DNA of 55,169 bases, taken from contig JAUZNW010000003.1 of the NCBI GenBank assembly GCA_030706785.1, forward strand, positions 1-55,169, given 5' to 3'. The notes under the pieces were generated by a model. That model did no database searches. It worked only from the letters and a program-made list of their open reading frames with translations, and had not been told where the DNA came from. This document shows, in pieces, positions 28,171-38,888 of the stretch (position 1 is the first letter of the stretch; every line of letters begins with the position of its first letter). The position numbers and the translations under genes were made by a program. The DNA is from Bacteroidota bacterium (GTDB lineage Bacteria > Bacteroidota > Bacteroidia > Bacteroidales > VadinHA17).

Positions 28171-31100
28171 TACCTTCTTACCCTTACCGGGAATGGCGGC
28201 CTTACAGGTGTTTCAGGAGGATTCTTTTCAAGCTCCTTAAGAGCTACCTCAATTGCCTTTTCAAGCTGAGGATCTTTTCCGTTTATAACATCAGCCGGCA
28301 ATTGCTCGACTTCAATATCAGGCGCCACACCAGTATTTTCAACAACATAACCCTGATTCGTCCATATCGCGATGTTTGGTGCAGTTACTCCGCCACCGTC
28401 AATAAATTCCGGGAAACCAAGGATCCCGACAAGCCCTCCCCATGTCCGCTTTCCGACCAGTGTCCCGACCTTGAATTTTCTGAACATCCATGGCAGCATG
28501 TCGCCTCCCGATCCTGCAGTTTCATCAATAATCATAACCTTAGGTCCCTGGATGGAAGCTGAGGGGCTCTTTACATCCTTCCCGTATCTCATGTGCCAGT
28601 ATGCCTGGAGCGGACGCTGGAGAATGTCGATATAATAATCTGCGAGAGAACCTCCTCCATTAAAGCGTTCATCAATGATGATTGCCTTCCGGTTTGCCTG
28701 CGGGAAGAAATACCTTTTGAAATATTCGTGACCCTGTGTCGAAGTATTTGGCACGTAAACATATGCGACCTGCCCGTTTGTGGCTTCTGTTACTTTCCTT
28801 AGATTCCCTTCAACCCAGTCGCGGTTCCTGAGGGGATATTCATCGGCTACGGGCACTACTTTAACAACCTTTGAACCGGCATAGTCAGGCTTGTCATTTA
28901 TCGTAAGCTCAACAATCTTCCCGTCCGTATTTTCGAAAAAGCTGTAAATGCTCTTGTCGGCTGTCAGGTCTTTTCCGTCCACGGCAAGAATATAATCGCC
29001 TTTCTTAATATTGAGACCCGGTTCAGTCAGAGGTGACCTCAGGTCAGGATTCCAGTTCAGTCCACCGTAGATCTTTTCAAGCCTGTACCTGTTCCCTGAA
29101 ATTGTATAATCGGCTCCGAGAAGTCCTCCGCCTATTCTTTTTGGATTGTACCGCCTGTCGCCAGAACCGAGATAACTGTGACCCACGGTCAGCTCGCTGA
29201 GCATCCACTGGATGACCCTGTCAAGATCGCTTCTGCATGCCAGGTCCGGAAGGAATCTCCTGTATTTGATCCTGATGGCATTCCAGTCTGCTCCCTGCAT
29301 TCCCTGATCATAAAAATAATCCCTGTTGATCCTCCATGCCTCATCTAACATCTGAGGCCATTCCGAAAGCGGATCGATCCTGACTGATATTGCTCCGATA
29401 TTTAGAGTTCCCTTTCCGGGCTCAGGTTTTTTCCCTGTGGCAGTTATGCCAAACGTTTCACCCTTGTTATAGAACATTTTCTTTCTATCTGCAGATATAA
29501 GATAGTTGTCAAGCTCCATAACTTCCTCATCTTTGCGGTCCTTCATGTTGTATTTATGAAGCCTGGACGATTCCGAGGGGATTGAAGGCCTTATGACATA
29601 ATAAACATCCCCTGAGTCACCTGTCTGCAGATCAGAGTAATTGCCTGCTCTTACCGGCAGATTGATTATCCTGTCCTGAAGCCCGTCGGTTTCGACCTTC
29701 AGGAGCTTAGGTCCCGTTACTGCTGGCGTTTCGCTTTTTGCTCCTTTCTTTGCTTTTTCGGCTGTCTTCACAGGTTCTGTTTTTTCAGTCTTCACCTTTT
29801 CTTCATCGCTTTCCTTGACAAATGGAGAAGTTATGTCTTTCCTGAGTGTGACCAGATAAATCGAGTTTGTCATCCGCATATCCTGGTTCGAAAGATCAAA
29901 CCAGTTTACGACAGGTCCGGCATCGGTTGAGGCAAAGAAATAAATGTACTTTCCATTAATGTCGAACTTCGGTTCAGTTGCATCGCTGAGTCCGTCAGTA
30001 ACCGGAAATGACTTTTGCTGGTCTACCGAATAGAGGTAAACTGCCATGAAGTTTGTCTCAAGCAACCTGGTGTAAACTATCCATTTTGAGTCGGGTGACC
30101 AGTCACTGAATATATCCCTGAATGCTCCGGGAGAGTATATATCGTCAGCATCGACTTTTTTTATTGAGTTTGTCTGTATATCAATGATGTAAAGGTTCCT
30201 TGCATTATCCACATAGGATATCATTTTGCTGTCGGGCGAACATTTCGGAAAGGCGTAGAAGCCTGTACCTGTAAGCTTTATGATCTTTGGTTCCCCTTTG
30301 CCGTCCTGCGACTTCAGGTGCAGCATATATTCCCCGGACGCATCAGAAAAATATGCGACCGTCTTGCCGTCGGGTGACCATGAAGGATACTTTTCATGGA
30401 CATTGGTTGTAAGAGTCAGGTTCCTCGGATCTCCCTTCTCTGCAGGAAGGGTGATTATTTCACCCCTGAAATCAAATACAACCCTGGAGCCTGACGGGGA
30501 AATATCGGCGCTTCTGATGTAGTTTGCACCCTGAACATACCTTGGTCTCAGTTCCAGAAGGTCAGCAGCTAAGCCGATGGTCAGCTTTTTGTCTGTATTG
30601 GCTTTTATATCATAGACATGCAGGTAGCCCTCCTGTTCGAAAACTATCTGATTATTCCCGCCCGAGGCCCTGATTATAGGAAAGTCGGGGAATGAAGTCA
30701 GCTGTTTTACTTCTTTGGAACCTGTATCATATGAATACAGGTTGAATTCGCCATTCCTGTCACTCAGGAAATATATTTTATTCCCGATCCATACCGGTTC
30801 ATCGTCGTTACATCCTTCCTTAGGCTGAGGGATCTCAGATATTGAATTATCGGCAAATGAGAAGATCCAGATCCTTGATATCCTTCCACCCCTGTAATTC
30901 TTCCATTGATTGTAGGCAGGTGAAAGCGGGGTATATGCCATGAAGTTGCCGTCAGGAGAATAGCAGGCTTTGTTTGCATTGGGGATCTTAAGCATTTCAG
31001 GAAATCCTCCGTTAATGCTTACTGTAAAGAGCTGTAAATACCGGTTGGTGAAAGCATATCGCTGCGATGCAAAAAGGACACGTTTCCCGTCAGGAGTGAA

Positions 31101-31457
31101 ACCCCTGACAACATCGCTTCCCGGATGCCATGTTAGCCTGACAGGTAAACCTCCTTCCACCGGGATAATATATACATCAGTATTACCGTCGTACTGTGCG
31201 TTAAATGCAATAAGTTTCCCATCGGGTGAAAAGTATGGATTCGATTCAATGCCCTCATCAACTGTCAGCCTTTTAGGCTGGGATCCGTCAATATTGGCAA
31301 TCCACAGGTCCTCAGCATATATGAATGCAATATTGTTTGCACTTATTGCAGGCTGGGCCATCATCCTCGTGTTGTTCGTATCTATCGCCGAGACGACCGG
31401 ATGAAATAACATCAACAGGACTAATCCTGAAATTATACGAAGTAAGAGATTTTTCAT
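28170..31457 (-). CDS. Tricorn protease-like S41 peptidase, exported
   Basis: Signal peptide, PD40 SPDG propeller repeats, PDZ region, DERFNGGG, AGSGGD catalytic motif, RTWGG. Confidence 0.93.
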   Translation of the reverse strand: MKNLLLRIISGLVLLMLFHPVVSAIDTNNTRMMAQPAISANNIAFIYAEDLWIANIDGSQPKRLTVDEGIESNPYFSPDGKLIAFNAQYDGNTDVYIIPVEGGLPVRLTWHPGSDVVRGFTPDGKRVLFASQRYAFTNRYLQLFTVSINGGFPEMLKIPNANKACYSPDGNFMAYTPLSPAYNQWKNYRGGRISRIWIFSFADNSISEIPQPKEGCNDDEPVWIGNKIYFLSDRNGEFNLYSYDTGSKEVKQLTSFPDFPIIRASGGNNQIVFEQEGYLHVYDIKANTDKKLTIGLAADLLELRPRYVQGANYIRSADISPSGSRVVFDFRGEIITLPAEKGDPRNLTLTTNVHEKYPSWSPDGKTVAYFSDASGEYMLHLKSQDGKGEPKIIKLTGTGFYAFPKCSPDSKMISYVDNARNLYIIDIQTNSIKKVDADDIYSPGAFRDIFSDWSPDSKWIVYTRLLETNFMAVYLYSVDQQKSFPVTDGLSDATEPKFDINGKYIYFFASTDAGPVVNWFDLSNQDMRMTNSIYLVTLRKDITSPFVKESDEEKVKTEKTEPVKTAEKAKKGAKSETPAVTGPKLLKVETDGLQDRIINLPVRAGNYSDLQTGDSGDVYYVIRPSIPSESSRLHKYNMKDRKDEEVMELDNYLISADRKKMFYNKGETFGITATGKKPEPGKGTLNIGAISVRIDPLSEWPQMLDEAWRINRDYFYDQGMQGADWNAIRIKYRRFLPDLACRSDLDRVIQWMLSELTVGHSYLGSGDRRYNPKRIGGGLLGADYTISGNRYRLEKIYGGLNWNPDLRSPLTEPGLNIKKGDYILAVDGKDLTADKSIYSFFENTDGKIVELTINDKPDYAGSKVVKVVPVADEYPLRNRDWVEGNLRKVTEATNGQVAYVYVPNTSTQGHEYFKRYFFPQANRKAIIIDERFNGGGSLADYYIDILQRPLQAYWHMRYGKDVKSPSASIQGPKVMIIDETAGSGGDMLPWMFRKFKVGTLVGKRTWGGLVGILGFPEFIDGGGVTAPNIAIWTNQGYVVENTGVAPDIEVEQLPADVINGKDPQLEKAIEVALKELEKNPPETPVRPPFPVRVRR

Positions 31458-31615
31458 AATCTTGATTTATTTCAATGTATTTATATGAATTTCAATATAT
31501 TTCTCTAATATATTAACCCGCCTCTGACCTCCCGCTAAAGCGGAACAGGCTCTCCCGGGAGAAGATCCAAAAATCCATAGTGCTGCTCCCTGCTCTCCGC
31601 TCCATTCACCCTGCT

Positions 31616-32377
31616 TCATTGTGTATTCCTGACAACATGTTCCGCATTTGCCTGCTGGGTGGGAGTAATTACCAGGTCATTTATACAAACATGCGGAGGC
31701 AGTGTCGCACAGAAATAAATTGCCTCAGCAATATCTTTACCGGCAAGGGGCTTAACGCCCTTATAAACCGCAGCTGCCCTTTCCCTGTCTCCCTTGAACC
31801 TCACGAGTGAAAATTCTGTTTCAGCCATTCCCGGAGCTATATTGGTCACCCTTATTCCGTGGTTCAGGAGGTCTACTCTCATTGCCTTTGAAAGTGCTTC
31901 CACGGCATGCTTTGAGGCACAATAAACATTACCGTTCTCATAAACCTCCTTCCCGGCTATGGAGGAAATATTGAAAATATGTCCAGTTTTTCTTGCAACC
32001 ATCAGAGGGACAACCGCTTTTGTGACATACAGAAGGCCTTTAACATTGGTATCGATCATCCTGTCCCAGTCTTCAGTATCCCCGCCGTCGATATGAGATA
32101 ATCCCACAGCCAGACCGGCATTATTAACAAGTATATCTATATTCTTCCATTCATCCGGAAGGCTTTTGATAGCATATTCAACTTCTGATCTATTCCGGAC
32201 ATCAAAATTAAGCGAGAGGACCTTCACCTTCCGGCTAATCAGTTCCTTTTCAAGCTTATCCAGTCTGTCTTTTCTGCGGCCGGTTATTATGACATTGAAT
32301 CCGTTTTCAGCGAATTTGAAAGCTGTTGCACGTCCGAAGCCAGCGGTGGCGCCGGTAATAAGGATTGTCTTGTTCAC
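31616..32377 (-). CDS. SDR family oxidoreductase (YdfG-like)
   Basis: TGATAGFG, NNAG, YCASK, PGMAETEFS. Confidence 0.9.
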   Translation of the reverse strand: MNKTILITGATAGFGRATAFKFAENGFNVIITGRRKDRLDKLEKELISRKVKVLSLNFDVRNRSEVEYAIKSLPDEWKNIDILVNNAGLAVGLSHIDGGDTEDWDRMIDTNVKGLLYVTKAVVPLMVARKTGHIFNISSIAGKEVYENGNVYCASKHAVEALSKAMRVDLLNHGIRVTNIAPGMAETEFSLVRFKGDRERAAAVYKGVKPLAGKDIAEAIYFCATLPPHVCINDLVITPTQQANAEHVVRNTQ

Positions 32378-32548
32378 TTTGTGAATTTGTTACTAGTGGC
32401 TGTAAAAATAGGAATAAAATATCAGACAAGTCACAATCACCAAACATACTGTTTTTTGACTTAACATATGCGACCACGATTCTGTTTGCAATGTTCTCAT
32501 TCCCATCTCCCTTATAATTATTTTAATCTATCTTTGCTCCCTGATTTA

Positions 32549-33274
32549 ATGGATACTTCGCGTAAAATATCAGATCATCACGATAAACAGATGATCGGAC
32601 CAATGTTCGATTCGATAGCCTGGAGATATGACTTCCTCAATCATCTGCTCTCCCTGGGAATAGACCGGTCGTGGAGAAAAAAAGCGATTAGAATAATAGG
32701 AGAATCACAAAGGAATCCGAGAATCATCGATGTGGCTACAGGAACAGGTGACCTGGCAATCGAAGCTGCATCACTCGATCCTGTGGCGATTACAGGGATT
32801 GATATTTCCGAAAAAATGCTTGAGCTTGCCAAACGCAAGGCTGAGGCTGAAGGCTTATCAAAACTGATCGAGTTTAAGAAATGTGAGTCTGAGAATATAT
32901 GCTTTGAGGATAATTCCTTTGATGTGGCCATGGTTGCATTCGGCGTCAGGAACTTTTCTGACCCAATGAAAGGGCTTACGGAAATGGGAAGGGTTTTGTG
33001 CAAAGGAGGATTCATTATGGTCCTTGAATTCTCAAGGCCTGACGGAACATTTTTTAAACATATTTATGAACTTTATTTCCATAATATCCTTCCCTCCATA
33101 GGTGGACTGTTTTCAAAGAACAGGAAGGCCTATAAGTATCTGAATGAATCTGTTATGAAGTTTCCCGACAACGAGGATTTCCTGGCTCTGCTAAAGAAAT
33201 CAGGCTTTTCAGAAGTGAAGCAGAGAAAACTGACAAAGGGGATAGCAAGTATTTACACAGGTATCAAAGTTTAG
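32549..33274 (+). CDS. menG: Demethylmenaquinone methyltransferase
   Basis: MFDSIA..YDFLNH, DVATGTGD, FGVRN, LEFS; start moved to ATG 32549 because TATCTTTG lies at 32529-32536. Confidence 0.92.
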   Translation: MDTSRKISDHHDKQMIGPMFDSIAWRYDFLNHLLSLGIDRSWRKKAIRIIGESQRNPRIIDVATGTGDLAIEAASLDPVAITGIDISEKMLELAKRKAEAEGLSKLIEFKKCESENICFEDNSFDVAMVAFGVRNFSDPMKGLTEMGRVLCKGGFIMVLEFSRPDGTFFKHIYELYFHNILPSIGGLFSKNRKAYKYLNESVMKFPDNEDFLALLKKSGFSEVKQRKLTKGIASIYTGIKV

Positions 33275-33336
33275 ATACAATATTTATTTCTTAAGGCAGT
33301 TTATTAAGTGGATAAAAACAGGATGCCCGCTGAGTT

Positions 33337-34083
33337 TTGAGGAAGAAACTTTTATATATTTTTTTTGCAGGACTGATATTCCTCTTAAATGCTAATGCCT
33401 TCAGCCAAAAGCAGAAGCCTAAGAATGACTCATGGTACGATGATAAGCGACTTCATTTTGGCTTCAGCCTCGGCCTTAACCTGATGGATTTTAATATCAA
33501 TCCTACAAAAAAACTCCTGGATTCTGATCCGGCCAAATACCTTCTTCCGGAAGTAAGCATTCTGAATCCCGGGATTAATATTCAGATAGTCACCAATCTT
33601 CATCTCGCCAAATATTTTGACCTGCGGTTTCTGCCCGGTGTTTCATTCGGGCAGAGGAATATAAGGTTTTACGAAGAGGATGCCGCTACAGGTAAGTTTT
33701 TTAGCACCTACAATGAGAAACAGAGAGTGGAATCCTCTTTCCTGGAATTTCCCCTTCTCCTGAAGTATAAAGGCATGCGGCTAAATAACGTCAGACCTTA
33801 TGTTATCGGAGGGATTAATTACAGGTACGATCTCGCCGGGAAGAAAGAATATGATGAAGAAAAACAGATCTGGTTAAGGCTAAGGAGGTCAGACCTGTAT
33901 TATGAAGCCGGGGCCGGGCTCGATTTTTATCTGCGTTATTTCAAGCTATCCGTTGAGCTCAAAATGTCGAACGGGATCAGGGATGTACTGGTTCATGAAC
34001 CAGCCGGCGGTCATGGTGAATTTGTAAACGCGATCGATCGAATGCATTCTCAGATATGGGTTCTTTCGTTCCATTTTGAATAA
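33337..34083 (+). CDS. porT: Type IX secretion system PorT/SprT family beta-barrel
   Basis: Signal peptide, LHFGFSLG, LRFLPG, EFPLLLKY, G.GLDFY..YFK, terminal FE; follows menG. Confidence 0.8.
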   Translation: MRKKLLYIFFAGLIFLLNANAFSQKQKPKNDSWYDDKRLHFGFSLGLNLMDFNINPTKKLLDSDPAKYLLPEVSILNPGINIQIVTNLHLAKYFDLRFLPGVSFGQRNIRFYEEDAATGKFFSTYNEKQRVESSFLEFPLLLKYKGMRLNNVRPYVIGGINYRYDLAGKKEYDEEKQIWLRLRRSDLYYEAGAGLDFYLRYFKLSVELKMSNGIRDVLVHEPAGGHGEFVNAIDRMHSQIWVLSFHFE

Positions 34084-34085
34084 TA

Positions 34086-35648
34086 ATGCCACAAAAGGTT
34101 CAACTAAATCTGACACCTGCCGACGCATCCGATGAACAGACTGTCCGCAGGAAAGCCGCACATCTGTCAGGTACACCAGTTAATGATATAAAAAGCATCC
34201 GGATATTAAAAAGATCGATCGATTCCAGAACTAAAAATATCCGCGTAAATCTTGAAATCGAGATATTAACCGAAAGAGATCGGGATGGATCTCTTTTAAA
34301 TCCCTTCAAATCTCAGAATGTTTCAGGCTGCCGGGAAGTAATAATTGTAGGGGCCGGGCCGGCAGGTCTTTTTGCCGCGCTCAGGCTTATTGAGCTGGGA
34401 TTGAGGCCGGTGATCCTGGAACGTGGAAAGGAGATCTCCCGGCGCAAAAGGGATATTGCCATGATTAGTCGCGCCCAGGTGATTGACCCTGACAGCAATT
34501 ATTGCTTCGGAGAAGGCGGAGCCGGTACATTCTCTGACGGAAAGCTCTACACCCGTTCCAGAAAAAGAGGGGATAACAGCAGGGTGCTCGAATTGTTGTG
34601 CCTTCACGGGGCAAACCGGAACATTCTTTATGAAGCTCATCCTCACCTGGGAACTGACAAATTACCTGCTATCATTACCAGGATCAAATCGTCAATAGTT
34701 GAGGCAGGAGGGATTTTACTGTTCGATAAAAAAGTCACTGATCTCATTATCAATAATGAACTGGTCACCGGAGTTGTCACAGCTGATAATGAAAGGTTCC
34801 GTTCCCCTTTTGTGCTTCTAGCTACCGGCCACTCGGCGCATGATATATATGAAACCTGCATGCGAAGGAAGATTGAACTCGAAATGAAGGCATTCGCTGC
34901 AGGTGTAAGGGTAGAACATCCGCAAGAACTGATCGACAGAATACAATACCATGGTAATCCAAGAGGGAATTATCTGCCGGCAGCCTCATACAATCTTGTC
35001 AGACAGTCCCGGGGGAGAGGAATCTATTCATTCTGCATGTGTCCCGGAGGTTTTATCGTCCCTGCAGCGACTGCGCAGGAAGAGGTCGTGGTTAACGGGA
35101 TGTCCCCGTCGGAAAGGAATTCAAGTTATGCAAATTCAGGTATTGTTGTGGAGATAAGGCTGGAGGATCTTGAAAAATATTCGGCTTATGGCGAACTGGC
35201 AGGCCTGGCATTCCAGAAGGAAATGGAGCATGATGCGTGGATACATGGAGGAAGGACACAAAGAGCTCCCGCGCAGAGGCTTGCAGATTTTGTAAGCGGG
35301 AAAAGCTCTTCATCTCTTCCTAAAGTATCCTATACACCCGGAGTTACTTCATCACCATTGCATGAATGGTTACCTGAAACAATAGCCGGAAGGCTTATGG
35401 ATGGTTTCAGTATGTTTGGCCGGATAATGAAGGGCTTCCTGTCCAACGAAGCCGTCATTCTGGGTGTTGAATCAAGAACATCTTCACCGGTGAGGATTCC
35501 GAGAAATCCTGAGACAATGGAGCATGTCAGGATCTCCGGCCTTTACCCATGTGGTGAAGGTTCAGGATATTCGGGAGGCATAGTTTCATCAGCAGTTGAT
35601 GGTGTAAAAGCTGCGGAAGCCATAGCATTGAAAAAGGATAGTGTTTAG
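34086..35648 (+). CDS. FAD-dependent oxidoreductase (uncharacterised family)
   Basis: GAGPAG, GEGGAGTFSDGKL, SFCMCPGG, GVESRTSSP, GEGSGYSGGI. Confidence 0.88.
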   Translation: MPQKVQLNLTPADASDEQTVRRKAAHLSGTPVNDIKSIRILKRSIDSRTKNIRVNLEIEILTERDRDGSLLNPFKSQNVSGCREVIIVGAGPAGLFAALRLIELGLRPVILERGKEISRRKRDIAMISRAQVIDPDSNYCFGEGGAGTFSDGKLYTRSRKRGDNSRVLELLCLHGANRNILYEAHPHLGTDKLPAIITRIKSSIVEAGGILLFDKKVTDLIINNELVTGVVTADNERFRSPFVLLATGHSAHDIYETCMRRKIELEMKAFAAGVRVEHPQELIDRIQYHGNPRGNYLPAASYNLVRQSRGRGIYSFCMCPGGFIVPAATAQEEVVVNGMSPSERNSSYANSGIVVEIRLEDLEKYSAYGELAGLAFQKEMEHDAWIHGGRTQRAPAQRLADFVSGKSSSSLPKVSYTPGVTSSPLHEWLPETIAGRLMDGFSMFGRIMKGFLSNEAVILGVESRTSSPVRIPRNPETMEHVRISGLYPCGEGSGYSGGIVSSAVDGVKAAEAIALKKDSV

Positions 35649-35771
35649 CTTTCCTTCCACACTATCCCGCTGATTATTCTACCCGAAACACTGGTTACCG
35701 ATATTAATCATCCATTTACCGGCTTTTTCATCTTCATGCATTGTTTTTATTGCCGGATCGTGACATTGCGA

Positions 35772-35779
35772 TAAATTTG
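35772..35779 (+). promoter_or_regulatory. -7 promoter element for three-gene operon
   Basis: TAAATTTG 15 nt before ATG 35795. Confidence 0.65.
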
Positions 35780-35794
35780 TCCTAAAATCCCTGA

Positions 35795-36418
35795 ATGACC
35801 GAATCCTTTATTTTAGGTTTAAGTACCGGTTCAGCCTGCCTTGTAACATGCGGGATGGTTATATTCCCGTACCTTATGGCTGGTCAGGGCAGCGTCAGGA
35901 AAATTACAATTGATCTTGCTGCATTCCTGGTTACCCGTCTCCTGGTCTATTTGGTTCTGGCAACAATAGCATGGTATCTGGGAAAAGCAATTTTTTCCTC
36001 AGGAATTCTCAGGACCTGGCTTCCCGGCATCCTTTATATTTCTTTTGCCGGAATGCTGATATGGTACAGCATTGGTAAAAACAAAGGCAGGGATTGTCCT
36101 GCTGCAATAATAAACTCGGCCGAAAAGAAGGAACTTGTACCTGTTCTGCTTGGTATAGTTAATAGTATCGGACTCTGTCCTGCCCTGCTCCTGATACTTA
36201 CAAAAGGAGCAACCCAGGACACATTGTTGCACAGCTGGCTATCATTTATCGCCTTTTTTGCAGGTTCGTCAATATGGTTTTTCCCGTTGCCATTTGCAGG
36301 GACGATCAGGAAAAGGAAAGTAATTGAAACCATCGGGATCCTTGCCACAGGACTTGCAGGAATTATCTTCATAGTCAAGGGTATAACATTATTAATAGGA
36401 GGAATTATCAATGGTTAA
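35795..36418 (+). CDS. DsbD_2 / TauE-SafE-like six-TM protein
   Basis: About six hydrophobic helices in two halves; CLVTCG in TM1 and GLCP in TM4. Confidence 0.7.
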   Translation: MTESFILGLSTGSACLVTCGMVIFPYLMAGQGSVRKITIDLAAFLVTRLLVYLVLATIAWYLGKAIFSSGILRTWLPGILYISFAGMLIWYSIGKNKGRDCPAAIINSAEKKELVPVLLGIVNSIGLCPALLLILTKGATQDTLLHSWLSFIAFFAGSSIWFFPLPFAGTIRKRKVIETIGILATGLAGIIFIVKGITLLIGGIING

Positions 36419-37562
36419 AGCTTTAACGGCCAATTCAATGAGGAAGTCATTAGGAAAGTCGCTCCTCTATACGCTGCCAATGTTCCTGATAACATTCATG
36501 TTCATGACAGGAGGCAAACCGGATTTCTCAAATCCTGCTCAGACACTCGCGATCCTTATAACTTTTCTGGGCATGAATATTCTTTATTTCCTGATGCAAT
36601 ATACCGGCAAAACTGACAGGTACAGAGCTGTTATCTTTATCATTTTTGCGTTGTCACTTTCATTTACCCTTATAAAGAATATGGTAGAAATGAGAAGTTC
36701 GATGTCCTTTTCGCAGGCAGATATCGTTGAGTGCAGGATTCCTTTCTGTCACCTGGTGATCCCAATGATGATACTTCCTGCAGCACTGACCAAATCGATA
36801 ATTTTCCCGGGTTCTATAATCGGAGGTTTCGCAGATATTTCTTCAATGGTAATCCTTTGGCTTGCAGCTACGATTGTTCTGGGCCGCGGGTTCTGCAGCT
36901 GGGGATGCTTTTACGGAGGATGGGATGATGCCTTCTCGAGGTTCAGGAAGAAGCCTGTGATAAAGAGAATCAGCGATACATGGAAGTGGATGCCCTTTGC
37001 AGTCCTGATCATGGTGGCTTTGACTGCAGCCCTGACCCTGGTACCAACCTATTGTGACTGGATCTGCCCGTTCAAAACGGTGACTGAGTTTGAGAAGGTC
37101 ACGAATGTTGAATCGGCCACTAAAGCAGGGGTCTTTATATCGCTGTTTGCCGGACTTGTTGTCGTCCTTCCCGTGATGACAAAAAAAAGAATACAGTGCA
37201 GCTTCCTGTGCCCGCTCGGGGCCATAAACTCAGTTTCGAACAAGGTCACACCGTTTACGATCAAGATAGACAAGACCGAATGCAACAATTGTTTTAAATG
37301 TGTGGATTCATGTCCGATGTTTGCCCTGACAAGGGAAGGTGTAAAAGAAGGAAAAGTGTCTGTTTTTTGCAGCAAATGCGGAAAATGTGAAGATGCATGT
37401 CCGAAAAATGCAATTCATTATGGAATTAAGGGAGTTCCGGCTGAATCAATGAAAAAATTCTCAAGAAACATGTTTCTGTTCGTCTCATTCCTTTTCATCG
37501 CCGTATTCTCCTCTGGTTCAATAGTTTTTACTATAAAAAGTTTACTTGATATAATAATGTAA
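36411..37562 (+). CDS. Membrane-bound 4Fe-4S protein (NapH/MauN-like)
   Basis: CSWGC, CDWICP, CSFLCP plus two CxxCxxCxxxCP clusters; multiple TM helices; overlaps upstream gene by 8 nt. Confidence 0.85.
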   Translation: MVKALTANSMRKSLGKSLLYTLPMFLITFMFMTGGKPDFSNPAQTLAILITFLGMNILYFLMQYTGKTDRYRAVIFIIFALSLSFTLIKNMVEMRSSMSFSQADIVECRIPFCHLVIPMMILPAALTKSIIFPGSIIGGFADISSMVILWLAATIVLGRGFCSWGCFYGGWDDAFSRFRKKPVIKRISDTWKWMPFAVLIMVALTAALTLVPTYCDWICPFKTVTEFEKVTNVESATKAGVFISLFAGLVVVLPVMTKKRIQCSFLCPLGAINSVSNKVTPFTIKIDKTECNNCFKCVDSCPMFALTREGVKEGKVSVFCSKCGKCEDACPKNAIHYGIKGVPAESMKKFSRNMFLFVSFLFIAVFSSGSIVFTIKSLLDIIM

Positions 37563-37566
37563 GATA

Positions 37567-37601
37567 TTTTCCCCCTCAGGGAGAAATTAAAAAGGGGGAT
37601 T
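37567..37601. repeat. REP-like element, reverse-complement relative of 42310-42340
   Basis: Reverse complement TCCCCCTTTTTAATTTCTCCCTGAGGGGGAAAA versus TCCCCCTTTCAAGTTTCCCCCAGGGGAGAAA. Confidence 0.6.
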
Positions 37602-37643
37602 TTGAATTAAATACGAAACTACTTCAATAAAGATACTTATAAT

Positions 37644-38105
37644 ATGAAGAAATTTAAAATAACAGCAGGCATTATCTGGGCTTTTCTTTGTCTGGTTTTG
37701 ATAATCGCCCTCTTTCCAGGCCTCACAAGACTGTCAAAATCCCTCGCGGGTATGCCGTTCATGAAGATCAATCCTAACTATACAGGCGGAGAAATAGCAA
37801 AACAGATTGTTATGCCATCTTGTACACTGGATATCAGGAAGCCGGTTTTTAACGGCCTTCTTCATGAGAGGAATCATGGATTTGTTCAGGTTGACTGGCA
37901 CGGGAAAATACCTGATATAATTGAGGACACAATTGATTTCGATCTGGATTCACAATCCGATTTCTATGTAAAAATCTATACAAGGACACCAAAAACGGAA
38001 ATAAAGGGATTAAGCCCGTGGGTGGAAGACTTAAATGTTTCAACCCCGACTTCATATGGCTGGGCTCTGAGAATTAACCTCAGAAAGATTAAGTCTGGTA
38101 GCTGA
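37644..38105 (+). CDS. Hypothetical protein with N-terminal membrane anchor
   Basis: 153-aa ORF, MKKFK + hydrophobic helix, AT-rich start context. Confidence 0.7.
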   Translation: MKKFKITAGIIWAFLCLVLIIALFPGLTRLSKSLAGMPFMKINPNYTGGEIAKQIVMPSCTLDIRKPVFNGLLHERNHGFVQVDWHGKIPDIIEDTIDFDLDSQSDFYVKIYTRTPKTEIKGLSPWVEDLNVSTPTSYGWALRINLRKIKSGS

Positions 38106-38888
38106 TCAGGAGTTCTCCTGCTTTTTTCTACGCGCAAATTCCGAAAAAACTATCGAGGCAGCCATTCCTACGTTCAGCGATTCAATGCCAGTTACTTCCT
38201 TTGTGAATTTAGGTATAAACAGCTTTCTTGTGACATATGGCATAAGGCCGGTTGAAATGCCTTTTGATTCATTGCCGAGCAGGATTATTCCTTTTCTTCC
38301 AAGCCGGCTTGAATAAATAGGTTCGCCATCGAGTAGAGTGCCATAGACCGGGATCTTTTTCCTGTTTGCCTCTGCAAGAACGTCCATAAGATTACAATAA
38401 TGAACCTTTACATTGAGAATGGCACCCATCGAAGCCTGGACCACTTTTGGATTGTAAGCATCAACGCAGCTGGTTGAGCAAAGGATGTTATTAATTCCAA
38501 ACCATGCGGCTGCCCTGATTATCGTCCCCAGATTCCCCGGATCCTGAACAAAATCAAGAGCAACTGATAATTGCCTCAGTATATCCTGTACATTCATTTG
38601 CTGGTCAGGCATAACAACAACGGCAAGGGCGTTATGCGGAGTCTTGAGAGTGCTGATACTTTTCAGGTCGTCATAGCTTGCAGTTGCGATTTCTTCGGGC
38701 ACTGTTTTTTGAGCTTGCGAAAGGCTGCTTATGAACTCAGGTTTGGCAACAAGATATTTGATCCTTATTCCGGCTTCGAGGTATTCCCTGACAAGTTTAT
38801 CGCCTTCAATAACATAAAGGCGTTCATCTTCCCTCACCTTCTTTTTCTGGAGGGAAAGGAGGAATTTTATTCTGTTCTTGCTGATCAT
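38106..38888 (-). CDS. TrmH/SpoU family RNA methyltransferase
   Basis: VQDPGNLGTIIR, LGNESKGI, ESLNV; start moved to ATG 38888. Confidence 0.92.
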   Translation of the reverse strand: MISKNRIKFLLSLQKKKVREDERLYVIEGDKLVREYLEAGIRIKYLVAKPEFISSLSQAQKTVPEEIATASYDDLKSISTLKTPHNALAVVVMPDQQMNVQDILRQLSVALDFVQDPGNLGTIIRAAAWFGINNILCSTSCVDAYNPKVVQASMGAILNVKVHYCNLMDVLAEANRKKIPVYGTLLDGEPIYSSRLGRKGIILLGNESKGISTGLMPYVTRKLFIPKFTKEVTGIESLNVGMAASIVFSEFARRKKQENS

